Assembly: GCA_964619405.1 (NCBI GenBank)
Contig: CAZUCF010000005.1
Span: 1 to 61,589, forward strand
Direction of reading: 5' to 3'
DNA: 61,589 bases
From: an uncultured archaeon
Lineage (GTDB): Archaea; Iainarchaeota; Iainarchaeia; Iainarchaeales; JAAZKV01
The translations under genes and the position numbers were made by a program. Below are positions 38,394-48,829 of this stretch, one piece after another. Numbering within the stretch: the first letter of the stretch is position 1; each line of letters opens with the position of its first letter. The notes under the pieces were generated by a model. The model was not told the origin of the DNA. It saw only the letters and a program-made list of their open reading frames with translations, and ran no database searches.

Positions 38394-40259
38394 TTATTCC
38401 CAATTTTCTTTTGGTTTATTTTTTGGTTCATTAAAAACAATTATCAAAACTATTACTACTATTGTTATTAAAAGAATCAAACCAATTATTGAATAATTAA
38501 TTCCGAAAGCAAATAATCCTGTGAAAGTTGGTGTTTGTGCTTCATTTAATTCTAATTTTTGTTCTTCTCCATTAGAAACAAAAGAAATGCTTCCTTTTGC
38601 TATTTTTTCTTTGTTAATTAAGAATTCATTATAACTTTCTCCGCTTGGAACAGCAATAATTCTGTCATCAATTACTTGGCCTTCTAAATTTAATCTTAGT
38701 ACACCCAAAAAGGTTTTTGTTGTTGGGTTGTTAAAAATAATTCTCAATATTTTTTCATCATCATTTTCTTCAATCTTCGTACTCATTGAAACACTTTCTA
38801 AATTTCCTTTAGCAGTGTTTGTAACATTTACAACAATTGGTGTAATATTACAACCTTCTATAATTGTTTTGAATGTTATTTTTCCAGTTTTTTCGTTTAT
38901 ACCAATTATTAATTCATCTGATATTGATGAATTGTTTGGAATTATTTTTGAACTCCTATTAATACTTAAATTACTTTCAAATTGTATAATTGCTTTTTTT
39001 CCTGTATTATTTGTTATTGAATAATTTAATTTACCACTATTTTCTATGTTTAATTCTGTTTGAGTGTTTATTGAAAAGTTTTCACAATTTGTAAATGTAT
39101 TATTACTTAAATCATTTATTGTTACAAAAAACTTTTTGTCCCCAATATTTGAATAAGAACATGTTTTTCCATCGCTAAATTTACCACTTACTCTTAAAAC
39201 TTGTTCATAATTACTTGTTTGAAAAACATTGTTTGAATTAAGTTCTAGTATTATGTCTCCAATATTCCCTGGAAAAACATATTCTTCAAAATAAAATGGT
39301 TTTATAGTTAATCCTGAATCAATAACACTAACATTTGTTATTTGAAATCTTTTGTTGCTATTATTTTGTAAGTAAAATGCTTCTTTTGTTGTTGTGTTTT
39401 CATTTACTTCAATATTTCTTGTTACTATTCTCAAATCATTACATTCAGAACTGCTTGTAGGTGTATAATTATTAGTTACGTTTCTTACTGTTGTTTGAAA
39501 GGTTTTTCTTCCTATTTGTGTTTCTGAACAAAAAGTGTTTCCTAAATAACCTGAAACAGCGAATGTTCCACTTATTGTTTGATCGTAAGAAATATTTCCT
39601 GCGTTCAAAGAAACGCTAATATTTTGGTTATTGTGTTTTCCAACAAAATCAGTGTAATCTACTGAACCAGAAGTTATTAATGTGTTTGTAAAATATACTC
39701 TGAGATTACTTATATCAAAATCTTGGTTAGTATTATTTTCAATTCTAAATGTTTTTGTTGTTTCTCTTCCTTCGTCAATAATAAAATTTTCTGTTATTAG
39801 TTGTATTCCTGAACAAGAATTATCTTCTACATCAATAAATGCTTCTCTGACATCTAATTCATCTGTTCCTTCTAAAATAATTCCTTCTATTTTGTATCTT
39901 TCGTAATTAGAATTAACTTCAAATTCGTTAGACCAAATAAAAACTATTTCGCCTTCTTCAAGAGATTGAGTTTTAGTCGAAGTGGTTTTTACTAAATCCC
40001 AGTCACCATCATCTAACCTATATATTTTTGTTTTTGCAGTTATGGTGCTTGCACAATCTGTTCCAGAAACATCATCAATAATAAAAGAAATTCTAATATC
40101 AATTTCGTCATTATTTTCTGCCGAAATAGTTTCTAAATAATCTCCTTCAACCCTAGTCTCCAAATTAATATTACTTAAATCTACTGAACAAGCATTAACA
40201 AAACCAGTTAATGCAATTAATACTAAAATTATTCCGAACAATTTAATCTTTGAATCCAT
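38394..40259 (-). CDS. Secreted, C-terminally anchored surface protein with Ig-like beta repeats
   Basis: N-terminal signal peptide (MDSKIKLFGIILVLIALTGFVNA), T/N/S-rich beta segments with paired Cys, C-terminal PTFTGLF plus TM helix. Confidence 0.7.
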   Translation of the reverse strand: MDSKIKLFGIILVLIALTGFVNACSVDLSNINLETRVEGDYLETISAENNDEIDIRISFIIDDVSGTDCASTITAKTKIYRLDDGDWDLVKTTSTKTQSLEEGEIVFIWSNEFEVNSNYERYKIEGIILEGTDELDVREAFIDVEDNSCSGIQLITENFIIDEGRETTKTFRIENNTNQDFDISNLRVYFTNTLITSGSVDYTDFVGKHNNQNISVSLNAGNISYDQTISGTFAVSGYLGNTFCSETQIGRKTFQTTVRNVTNNYTPTSSSECNDLRIVTRNIEVNENTTTKEAFYLQNNSNKRFQITNVSVIDSGLTIKPFYFEEYVFPGNIGDIILELNSNNVFQTSNYEQVLRVSGKFSDGKTCSYSNIGDKKFFVTINDLSNNTFTNCENFSINTQTELNIENSGKLNYSITNNTGKKAIIQFESNLSINRSSKIIPNNSSISDELIIGINEKTGKITFKTIIEGCNITPIVVNVTNTAKGNLESVSMSTKIEENDDEKILRIIFNNPTTKTFLGVLRLNLEGQVIDDRIIAVPSGESYNEFLINKEKIAKGSISFVSNGEEQKLELNEAQTPTFTGLFAFGINYSIIGLILLITIVVIVLIIVFNEPKNKPKENWE

Positions 40260-40280
40260 AATTATGTTTCTCCACCAAAC

Positions 40281-40300
40281 ATTTATAAAAGCTTTTCTCT
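40281..40300 (-). promoter_or_regulatory. BRE/TATA promoter of the surface protein gene
   Basis: Minus strand AGAGAAAAGC-TTTTATAAAT about 22 bp upstream of ATG 40259 (leaderless geometry). Confidence 0.5.
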
Positions 40301-40586
40301 TATTCACTGGAAGAAGTTTTTGTTCTTTTTTTAAAATTTCTTACTATTTGTCATTAAAAAACCATTTGAACAATTTATTTCTTAAAGAAATAGATTTTTT
40401 CTTAATTGTTTTTGCTTATTTTTAATTTTAATTACAATTTATTGGATTAAATTGTGTTTTTTGATTAATTGTTGTTGTATTTTTAATTTTTGTTTATTGA
40501 ATTAAATAGTGTTTTTTGATTAATTACTATCCTATTTCTTTTCTTTGTAGTTCTTTGTCAAAAAATAATTATGTAGCATTAAAGTT

Positions 40587-40700
40587 GTTTGTTTATTTTA
40601 ATTTAGTTTGTTGATTTTTGTCTAGTTTGTTTATTTTAATTTAGTTTGTTGATTTTTGTCTAGTTTGTTTATTTTAATTTAGTTTGTTGATTTTAGTCTA
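40587..40700. repeat. Tandem repeat, 3 x 38 bp (each unit is two degenerate 19-mers)
   Basis: GTTTGTTTATTTTAATTTAGTTTGTTGATTTTTGTCTA at 40587, 40625 and 40663 (one mismatch in copy 3). Confidence 0.9.
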
Positions 40701-40772
40701 GTTATTATTTTTTTTAAATCATTTTTTGTTAACTATTATTTATTTTGCTTTTTTTTGTTTGACTTCATTTTC

Positions 40773-41708
40773 TTATTTGTTATTAATACTCTTTTTTTGT
40801 TTAATTTCTTTTGTTTCATTGTCTTCTTTTAATATTGTATACACGTTTGCCATAACACAAGTTTGGATTAATATTAAGTATGCTGATGCCAAATAAATTG
40901 GTAGCATTAGCAAATTGTAAATAGGATTAAATAAAGTTATTAACTCTTGTTCTAAGGTTGTTGCCAAGGGCAAACTTGTTGAATACAAGATTAAGGGTAT
41001 TGTAAAAACCATGCTGATTACATATATTATAACAAAAAAAACAATCAAAATCACTATTAAATTTATGATATTGTTTTCAGTTAGTTGCCAAGATTTTTTT
41101 AACGCACTTTTTATTCCTTTTTCTTCGATGAACGCAACTTGTGAAACACCCAATCTTAATAATTCATAAATTACAATGCAAAAATAAATTATTCCAATAA
41201 TCAAACCTAATGCAACAAAAATTATTCCAAGAATATTATTAATCATTGTGCTTGATAATACTCCAATTATTATTAGTATTATTGAAAATATTCCAATGAA
41301 CAAAAATTTTATTTTGAAAACTGAGAATAACGCGTACAAAAAAAGTATTATTGGAAATACTAAAAATTTTATGAATTTAATAATATTTAATTTTTCTACT
41401 TTTATTTTTTTTGTTCTCAAAATTTCTGAAAATATTTTGTACTCAAAAAAAGTTTGTATTACTCCAAAAGGAATAGATATTATTGTAATCCAAATAAAAA
41501 GAATAAATATTATTTGAATATATAATTCCAAAGTAATAGCATTTCCTTTTATTATTGAACCCACGCTTCCAACAATTAAGATGTATGTTATAAAATAAAA
41601 AAGAAGTAATATTATCAAGCATAAAAAATATTTTTTTAGTTTATTGTTTTTTAAAAAATCAATTAAACTGAATTTAAATATCTCGTTCAAACTTTTTTCT
41701 AAATTCAT
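40773..41708 (-). CDS. Hypothetical multi-pass membrane protein
   Basis: About 7-8 TM segments with an E.KGIK.ALKKSW.LT motif typical of DUF7544/DUF4013-like membrane domains; TATA 22 bp upstream of ATG 41708. Confidence 0.65.
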   Translation of the reverse strand: MNLEKSLNEIFKFSLIDFLKNNKLKKYFLCLIILLLFYFITYILIVGSVGSIIKGNAITLELYIQIIFILFIWITIISIPFGVIQTFFEYKIFSEILRTKKIKVEKLNIIKFIKFLVFPIILFLYALFSVFKIKFLFIGIFSIILIIIGVLSSTMINNILGIIFVALGLIIGIIYFCIVIYELLRLGVSQVAFIEEKGIKSALKKSWQLTENNIINLIVILIVFFVIIYVISMVFTIPLILYSTSLPLATTLEQELITLFNPIYNLLMLPIYLASAYLILIQTCVMANVYTILKEDNETKEIKQKKSINNK

Positions 41709-41861
41709 ATTATAACAATATTTCAAAAGTATTTAAATGTTATTTTCAAAAAAATAATTATTATTTTTAAAAAATAAAACAAGTCTCGTTCATTATTAAA
41801 AACGAGCTTGTGTTTAATAATTCTTAATTTTTTTAAGAATTCTTGGTTTTATTTTTGTTTT

Positions 41862-41920
41862 GTTTGTTTTTATTTTAAATTGGTTTGTTTTTATTTTAAA
41901 TTGGTTTGTTTTTATTCTAA
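41862..41920. repeat. Tandem repeat, about 3 x 21 bp, overlapping the stop codon of the 41912-42232 gene
   Basis: GTTTGTTTTTATTTTAAATTG at 41862, 41883 and (partial) 41904. Confidence 0.75.
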
Positions 41921-42232
41921 TTTTATTTTTAGTCCTTCAGTTAATCTCACAATAATATAATTATATATTATTGCTATCAAAACCCCGTATACTGCTCCCA
42001 TTATTAACCCGAATATTATTGCTGCAAAAAATACTATTATGCTTATTCCTGCTCCTAATCCTGCTAATGGCATAGTATTTGTCATTCCTGGTATTGCAGT
42101 CATTAGTGCTCCAAATATTCCAAAGATTATTGCTGCAAATAATCCGTAGATTAGTCCAACTATTCCTCCGCAAACGGCTCCTACTTTTAAAGCAGAGTTT
42201 ATTTCAATTTCTTTTAAAGTTTTGTAAGTCAT
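41912..42232 (-). CDS. Small membrane protein (DUF3566-like)
   Basis: LK.I...SA.KVG...G plus Gly-rich TM helices ending IYN......GG/EGL.IKLE. Confidence 0.6.
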   Translation of the reverse strand: MTYKTLKEIEINSALKVGAVCGGIVGLIYGLFAAIIFGIFGALMTAIPGMTNTMPLAGLGAGISIIVFFAAIIFGLIMGAVYGVLIAIIYNYIIVRLTEGLKIKLE

Positions 42233-42310
42233 TTTTATTCCTCCTTTTGAATTAATTATTCATTTAATAAATTTAAACTAATCGTTTAAATAAAAAGTTT
42301 TTGTTTTTTA

Positions 42311-42341
42311 AAAAATAGAAAAAGTGAAGCTTTCGCTTCAC
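42311..42341 (-). terminator. Hairpin plus U-tract terminator after the DUF4013-like gene
   Basis: GTGAAGC-GAAA-GCTTCAC followed by TTTTTCTATTTTT on the minus strand. Confidence 0.6.
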
Positions 42342-42352
42342 CCAAATTAATT

Positions 42353-43024
42353 TTACTTGTATGCTTCAGCAGTTAATGTTATTGCGAATACGCTTAGTAC
42401 AAACCCAACTATTGATGAAAGTAAGTACATTATTATTCCTGCTCCCATTAATGTGCCTATCATAGCCATTATTTGAGCTGGGTCAGTTATTACTGCGCCA
42501 GTTAGCATTGTTGGCATTAATGCTGCACCAAATATTGCGATAACTATTACTCCAATTATTGCATAAATTATCCATGATATTATTAATGCAACAATTACTG
42601 CAATTATGAATTGAGTGCTCTTTGCTTTCTTGAATAATTCTGGTATGTTGATTGCTGCTCCAATACTCTTTGTTTGAGCCAAAGTTAGTACTCCTGAAAT
42701 CATTATGAATGAAAAAACTATCATCCAAATTAATGCCAGAATTGGACCAACTATTGGTATTATTGCTAGTATGAGTGCAACTATCATGTAAACGATTACG
42801 TGAATGAATAATGTTACAATTGCTTTCAAACTATCAACAACAAGTTCGCCAAAATTATCAAATTTTGGTAATGCCTTGTCTCCGTTCATAACTTTGCTAG
42901 CAACTCGCAACAAGTACCCTGGAATAGTTAAAAAGTTTATTATTGGTATGATTAATAGTATAATTCCCATAATCAGTGTTTTTACATCGCTAAATGGTTT
43001 TGATATTGCTGTTCCGATATCCAT
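42353..43024 (-). CDS. DUF4013-family membrane protein
   Basis: AISKPF, IIPIINFL..PGY..RV...G...LP.FD.FGEL..D.LK. Confidence 0.8.
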   Translation of the reverse strand: MDIGTAISKPFSDVKTLIMGIILLIIPIINFLTIPGYLLRVASKVMNGDKALPKFDNFGELVVDSLKAIVTLFIHVIVYMIVALILAIIPIVGPILALIWMIVFSFIMISGVLTLAQTKSIGAAINIPELFKKAKSTQFIIAVIVALIISWIIYAIIGVIVIAIFGAALMPTMLTGAVITDPAQIMAMIGTLMGAGIIMYLLSSIVGFVLSVFAITLTAEAYK

Positions 43025-43203
43025 ATTTCTACCTCCCTTGCCTTTGTTTTATTATAAGAGAACTTAACACATATTTAAAGGTTTTTATTGTAAAAAAGTT
43101 AACAATTATTTGGTTAATACTTTTTTTGAAAATAGTTTATTTTTTTTGTATTAATTTTAGTCTTTTTAATTTGTCACATAATTTTTTTGTTTTACAATCT
43201 TAA

Positions 43204-43287
43204 TTTTTTTTATTTAATAATGATTAATATTTTTTATTTTATTTATTTGTTTTTTTTTATTTAATAATGATTAATATTTTTTATTTT
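43204..43287. repeat. 37-bp direct repeat (43204-43240 / 43251-43287) overlapping the rtcB stop
   Basis: TTTTTTTTATTTAATAATGATTAATATTTTTTATTTT twice, 10-bp spacer. Confidence 0.75.
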
Positions 43288-44444
43288 GTTTGTCTGTTTT
43301 CAATTCCCTTCCAATTAATTATTGGTTTTAAATGTTTGTGTATTTTCACACTTTCTTTTTGCGAGTTCATTACATCAAAAATGTTTTTGTAAGCAAAAGG
43401 GCTCTCGTCAATAGTTCCTTTTTCAATAACAGCTGTTATTCCTTTCATTGTGTTCTCGAATTCTTTCAAAGTTATTTTTTCTTTTACAGTTCTTTTACTC
43501 ATTGCTCTTCCAGCGCCATGACTACTTGATTCCAAAAAATTTTTGTTGCCTTTCCCAATAACCAAAAAAGTTCCATCCCTCATGTTTCCAGGAATAACTC
43601 CTTTCTCTCCTTTCTTGCTTGGAGTCGCCCCCTTCCTATGAATAAAATTATTTGTTTTTCCTATTCTCTCTGCATTATTATGGTTTTTGTTAGCCCAAAC
43701 AATCCATTCTACTTTTTTATTAATTGTTTTCTCAAAAATATTAATAAAATCTCTTGCTATTTCAAGTCTATTTAGTAAAGCAAATTCTAAGCAAAATTCT
43801 AGTATTACTAAATATTCTTTTCCTATTGTTGATCTAACATCAAAACCAAATGTTCTCTCAACATTTCCTTTTTCACCATTCAATTCCATTGCTTTTCTCA
43901 TATAGTGTTCAGCAATATGGTGTCCAACATTTCTTGAACCAGAGTGAATTATTAACCACAAGTCTTTTCCAGAAGTATCAAGTTCAATAAAATGATTGCC
44001 GTGTCCAACTGTTCCCAAATTGCTTTTTGCTTTTCTCTTAACCCAATCAACTAATTCCTTGTCTTTCAATTTTTTGTCGAGTTTAGAAAAAATTTTTTCA
44101 AACTCTTTTTTTCCTTCAATGCTTAATCTGTGTTCTGCTCTTAATTTTCCTAAACCCATTGGTATTTCTTTTTTAATTTCAAGAAAAATTTTTTGAGAAT
44201 TATTGTTTACTTTTGGTAAAAGGTTTTTCCCATTGATTTTTATTGCTGTTACGCCACAACCAATATCGTATCCAACCCAAGATGGAACAATAACTCCTTT
44301 TGTTATTAGCACTGAACCAATTGGCGCAACATAACCATAATGAGCATCAGGCATTAATGCTCCGTCAACAACAAAATCTTGTGAAAAGCATTCTTTGAAT
44401 TGTTTTAAAGTTGATTCATCAATATTTTTAACAAATACTTTCAT
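43281..44444 (-). CDS. rtcB: RNA-splicing/repair ligase RtcB (short, bacterial-like)
   Basis: MPDAH.G, VGYDIGCG, G.GNHFIE, IHSGSR, NHN, HRKGAT, SHGAGR, DESPFAYK. Confidence 0.95.
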   Translation of the reverse strand: MKVFVKNIDESTLKQFKECFSQDFVVDGALMPDAHYGYVAPIGSVLITKGVIVPSWVGYDIGCGVTAIKINGKNLLPKVNNNSQKIFLEIKKEIPMGLGKLRAEHRLSIEGKKEFEKIFSKLDKKLKDKELVDWVKRKAKSNLGTVGHGNHFIELDTSGKDLWLIIHSGSRNVGHHIAEHYMRKAMELNGEKGNVERTFGFDVRSTIGKEYLVILEFCLEFALLNRLEIARDFINIFEKTINKKVEWIVWANKNHNNAERIGKTNNFIHRKGATPSKKGEKGVIPGNMRDGTFLVIGKGNKNFLESSSHGAGRAMSKRTVKEKITLKEFENTMKGITAVIEKGTIDESPFAYKNIFDVMNSQKESVKIHKHLKPIINWKGIENRQTK

Positions 44445-44674
44445 ACAAAAATTATTGTTGAACATGATTTAAAGATTGTTGTTTTTTAAATAATATTAAT
44501 TTTTAATAAAATATTTTGCAATCTTTAATTAATTTTATTTTTTTTAATTAGTTTTTTACTTTGTAATTATTTTGACTAGTTAATTAAAATTTTAATTATT
44601 TCAAACGTAGTCTTTTTAGTTTGATTTTTGTTTTATTAAACAATTTAATAAGTTTTGTGCTAATGTAATAAGTT

Positions 44675-44983
44675 TTACGCTTTGATTTCTATTTCAAGGT
44701 GGACTTCTTCTGGTATTTCTACTCGCATTACTCTTTTCAATGTTCTTTCATCAGCTTGTATGTCCAGTAATCTTTTGTGGATTCTCATTTGCCATCTCTC
44801 GTATGTTTCTGTTCCACCACCACAAGGACTCTTTCTTGTTGGTATAATTAGTTTTTTTGTAGGCAATGCTATTTTTCCAGAGTGCTTTGCGCCAGTTCTT
44901 TCTGTAACGTCAAGTATCTTGTCGCATATTTCTTCTAATTTTTTGTAATCATTGCTTGATAATTTTATTCTTGCTGTTTGCAT
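44675..44983 (-). CDS. rps10: 30S ribosomal protein S10
   Basis: ARI.L.S, LPTK.L...TRKSP.G.GT.T.ERW.MRIHKRL.DI. Confidence 0.97.
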   Translation of the reverse strand: MQTARIKLSSNDYKKLEEICDKILDVTERTGAKHSGKIALPTKKLIIPTRKSPCGGGTETYERWQMRIHKRLLDIQADERTLKRVMRVEIPEEVHLEIEIKA

Positions 44984-45057
44984 TTAATCCTACTCCTTTA
45001 TATTTTTAAATATAAAATTGATGTAAAGAAAAACCTTTACACCAAATTCAAATATTT

Positions 45058-46323
<1,266 letters not shown>

Positions 46324-46402
46324 TTTTTACACCTCGTATTTTACCTTCCTTTAAACAAAAAACCCATTAAAGTGGGCTCACATTGATTTATTTCCACTAA
46401 AA

Positions 46403-46418
46403 AAGCTTTATAAAGCTT
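46403..46418. promoter_or_regulatory. Palindromic TATA element upstream of tuf
   Basis: Perfect 16-bp palindrome AAGCTTTATAAAGCTT; minus-strand BRE GAGAAGC matches other promoters in the window. Confidence 0.55.
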
Positions 46419-46522
46419 CTCTTGAACCCTTTCGTTGGTTCTCGCCGAGAGCGCATCTTCGTTTTAACTCGATGCACTTTAATAATTATTTTTTGTGTTC
46501 CTTCGGTAACACTTTATTAATT

Positions 46523-46614
46523 TTAATCTATAAAGAATTGCCAGCACTTTTTAAATTCTTTTAGAATTTAAAACCTGCACTAAAATGTGGCAATTAATCT
46601 ATAAAGAATTGCCA
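46523..46614. repeat. 21-bp direct duplication of the fusA 3' end flanking a 50-bp hairpin insert
   Basis: TTAATCTATAAAGAATTGCCA at 46523-46543 and 46594-46614. Confidence 0.85.
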
Positions 46615-48786
46615 TGGTTTAACTTCTTCTGGCATGCCCTTTCTTTTACGTATTTCTTTGATTGTTTGTTGTTGTAATTCTGAAGGCAATTTTTCGTAAC
46701 CATAGTATTCTGCAGTCCAAACAGCTCTTCCTTGTGTTGCACTCCGCATAGCATTACTAAAACCAATTAATTCTTTTACAGGCGCTTTACCAATTATTAT
46801 GCTTGAGTCACCCTCGGTTCTCATCTCTGTTATTTGTACTCTTCTCGCGCCCAATTCTCTTGATGCTGAACCCATTTGGTTTTCTGGTACATTCACTGTT
46901 AGTAATTGTTTTGGCTCGTATAATTCTACTCCGCCTTGTAACATGCAAGCATATATGCCTCTTGTTATGGCTGGTAGTACTTGTGCTGGCCCCCTGTGTA
47001 TTGAGTCCTCATGCAGTGTTGCATCAATTAACTCAAACATTACTCCTTGGCATTTTTCTTTTGCTAGTGGCCCCTCGTTCATTGCGTCAACAAATGCTTG
47101 TACTAGTAATTCTCTTATCTCGTTTAATGCTTGTATTCCTCTTGTTCTGTCAACTAGAACATTTGCTCCTGAAACAGCCCAAATTTTTCTTGATGTGTCA
47201 GTATCAAAACCAATTTCTTTTAATTTATTGATACTATCAGTGTGCTTTGGTTTTATTTTTCCATCCAAAGATGTTTCCAATAATTTTTCAAATATTGGGC
47301 CGGTTATTGTTGTTGTTCTTATTTTGAATTTGTTGTGTTTGTTTGGACTCTTTGCTTCTAGTACTTCGCTTGCACTTTTTAGTGCTTCGTGGTAAACAAC
47401 TATTGGTGATGATGTTTCAACTTCTAGTTTGTGATTATTTTTTATTCTATAAATGTTTACTTCTAAATGTAATTCTCCCATTCCTGATAACAAGTGTTCT
47501 CCTGTTTCCTGGTTTATTGTTGCTTGCAAGTTAGGATCTTCTTTTGATAATTTTTTTAATACTTCAATTAGTTTTGGTAAGTCCTTTGGATTTTTTGCTT
47601 CAATACTAATAGTCATTACTGGTTTTGCATTACTCATGAAACTCTCAAACGATTTCATTTCTATTGTTGAAACAGTTTCTCCAGCATAAATATCTTTTGC
47701 TCCAACTATTGCTGCAATGTTTCCTGCTCGCGCCTTTTTTATTGTTAGGAAGTCACCACTCATATAAACGCCTAATTTTTGAACCTTTATTTTTTGGCCT
47801 GTTGATAATAATGTTACTTCGTCTCCGGGTTGTATTGTTCCTGAATATAATCTTCCTGTTGCAACGTCTCCTGCGTGTTGGTCAACACTAACATCTGTTA
47901 TTACCATTGATAATGGGCTTTCAGCATCACAATTAGTCATGTGCTTGCTTATTTCTGTTTCTTCTTCTCCGCCCCAAATCTTTTTTATCCTATATTTTTG
48001 TGATTGTATTGGTGATGGTAAGTGATCTATAACCATTTGTAGTACTGCTTCGTGAACAGGTGATTTTTTTGCTAACTCGTCTTGTTGTCCGTTCTTCATG
48101 TACTCGTAAACTTGTTTAAAATTAACTCCTGATTTTTTTATGTATGGTGCTGACACAGCCCATTTTTTCATTGCTGAACCAAATGCAACAGTTCCTTTTT
48201 CAATGCTTACTTTCCATTCGTTTTTGAATTGTTCTGGAGCATTTCTTTCAATTAGAGTGTTAACATGAGTTATTACTTTAATAAATTTTTCTTGCATTTG
48301 TTGTTCGGTAGCATTTAACTCTGAGATTATTCTGTCTACTTTGTTAATAAATAATATTGGTCTAACATATTCTTTTAATGATTGTCTAATTACTGTTTCT
48401 GTTTGAGGCATTACTCCTTCAATAGCGTCAACAACTAGTATTACTCCGTCAACTGCTCGCATTGCTCTAATAACTTCTCCAGTAAAATCAACGTGTCCGG
48501 GAGTATCAATTAAATTAATTAAGTGTTGTTTTCCTTCCCAAGGGTATGCTAGGGAAATGTTTGCAGCGTTAATAGTTATTCCCCTGTCTTGTTCTTGGTC
48601 TTCATAATCCATTAATTGTACTTCACCAGATAATTCAGAGTTTATTAGTCCTGCTGCTGCTATTAAAGAATCACTTAAAGTAGTTTTTCCGTGATCAATG
48701 TGTGCTACTGTTCCAATATTTCTAATATTCTCTCTTTTTTCCATTAAGTTTTCAACTAACTCTACCATGTCTTCTTTTCGTCCCAT
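46594..48786 (-). CDS. fusA: Elongation factor 2 (aEF-2)
   Basis: AHIDHGKTTLSD, EQDRGITI, DTPGHVDF, GMGELHLE, diphthamide loop HEDSIHRGPAQ. Confidence 0.98.
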   Translation of the reverse strand: MGRKEDMVELVENLMEKRENIRNIGTVAHIDHGKTTLSDSLIAAAGLINSELSGEVQLMDYEDQEQDRGITINAANISLAYPWEGKQHLINLIDTPGHVDFTGEVIRAMRAVDGVILVVDAIEGVMPQTETVIRQSLKEYVRPILFINKVDRIISELNATEQQMQEKFIKVITHVNTLIERNAPEQFKNEWKVSIEKGTVAFGSAMKKWAVSAPYIKKSGVNFKQVYEYMKNGQQDELAKKSPVHEAVLQMVIDHLPSPIQSQKYRIKKIWGGEEETEISKHMTNCDAESPLSMVITDVSVDQHAGDVATGRLYSGTIQPGDEVTLLSTGQKIKVQKLGVYMSGDFLTIKKARAGNIAAIVGAKDIYAGETVSTIEMKSFESFMSNAKPVMTISIEAKNPKDLPKLIEVLKKLSKEDPNLQATINQETGEHLLSGMGELHLEVNIYRIKNNHKLEVETSSPIVVYHEALKSASEVLEAKSPNKHNKFKIRTTTITGPIFEKLLETSLDGKIKPKHTDSINKLKEIGFDTDTSRKIWAVSGANVLVDRTRGIQALNEIRELLVQAFVDAMNEGPLAKEKCQGVMFELIDATLHEDSIHRGPAQVLPAITRGIYACMLQGGVELYEPKQLLTVNVPENQMGSASRELGARRVQITEMRTEGDSSIIIGKAPVKELIGFSNAMRSATQGRAVWTAEYYGYEKLPSELQQQTIKEIRKRKGMPEEVKPWQFFID

Positions 48787-48829
48787 TTGCTCACCATTTA
48801 AAATTATTTTTTGTTGTTTTTTAATTTAC

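Noticed and set aside
40587-40700. CRISPR array or ORB replication origin
   Set aside because: No spacers between units, no G-string ORB consensus, and no cdc6/orc1 nearby.
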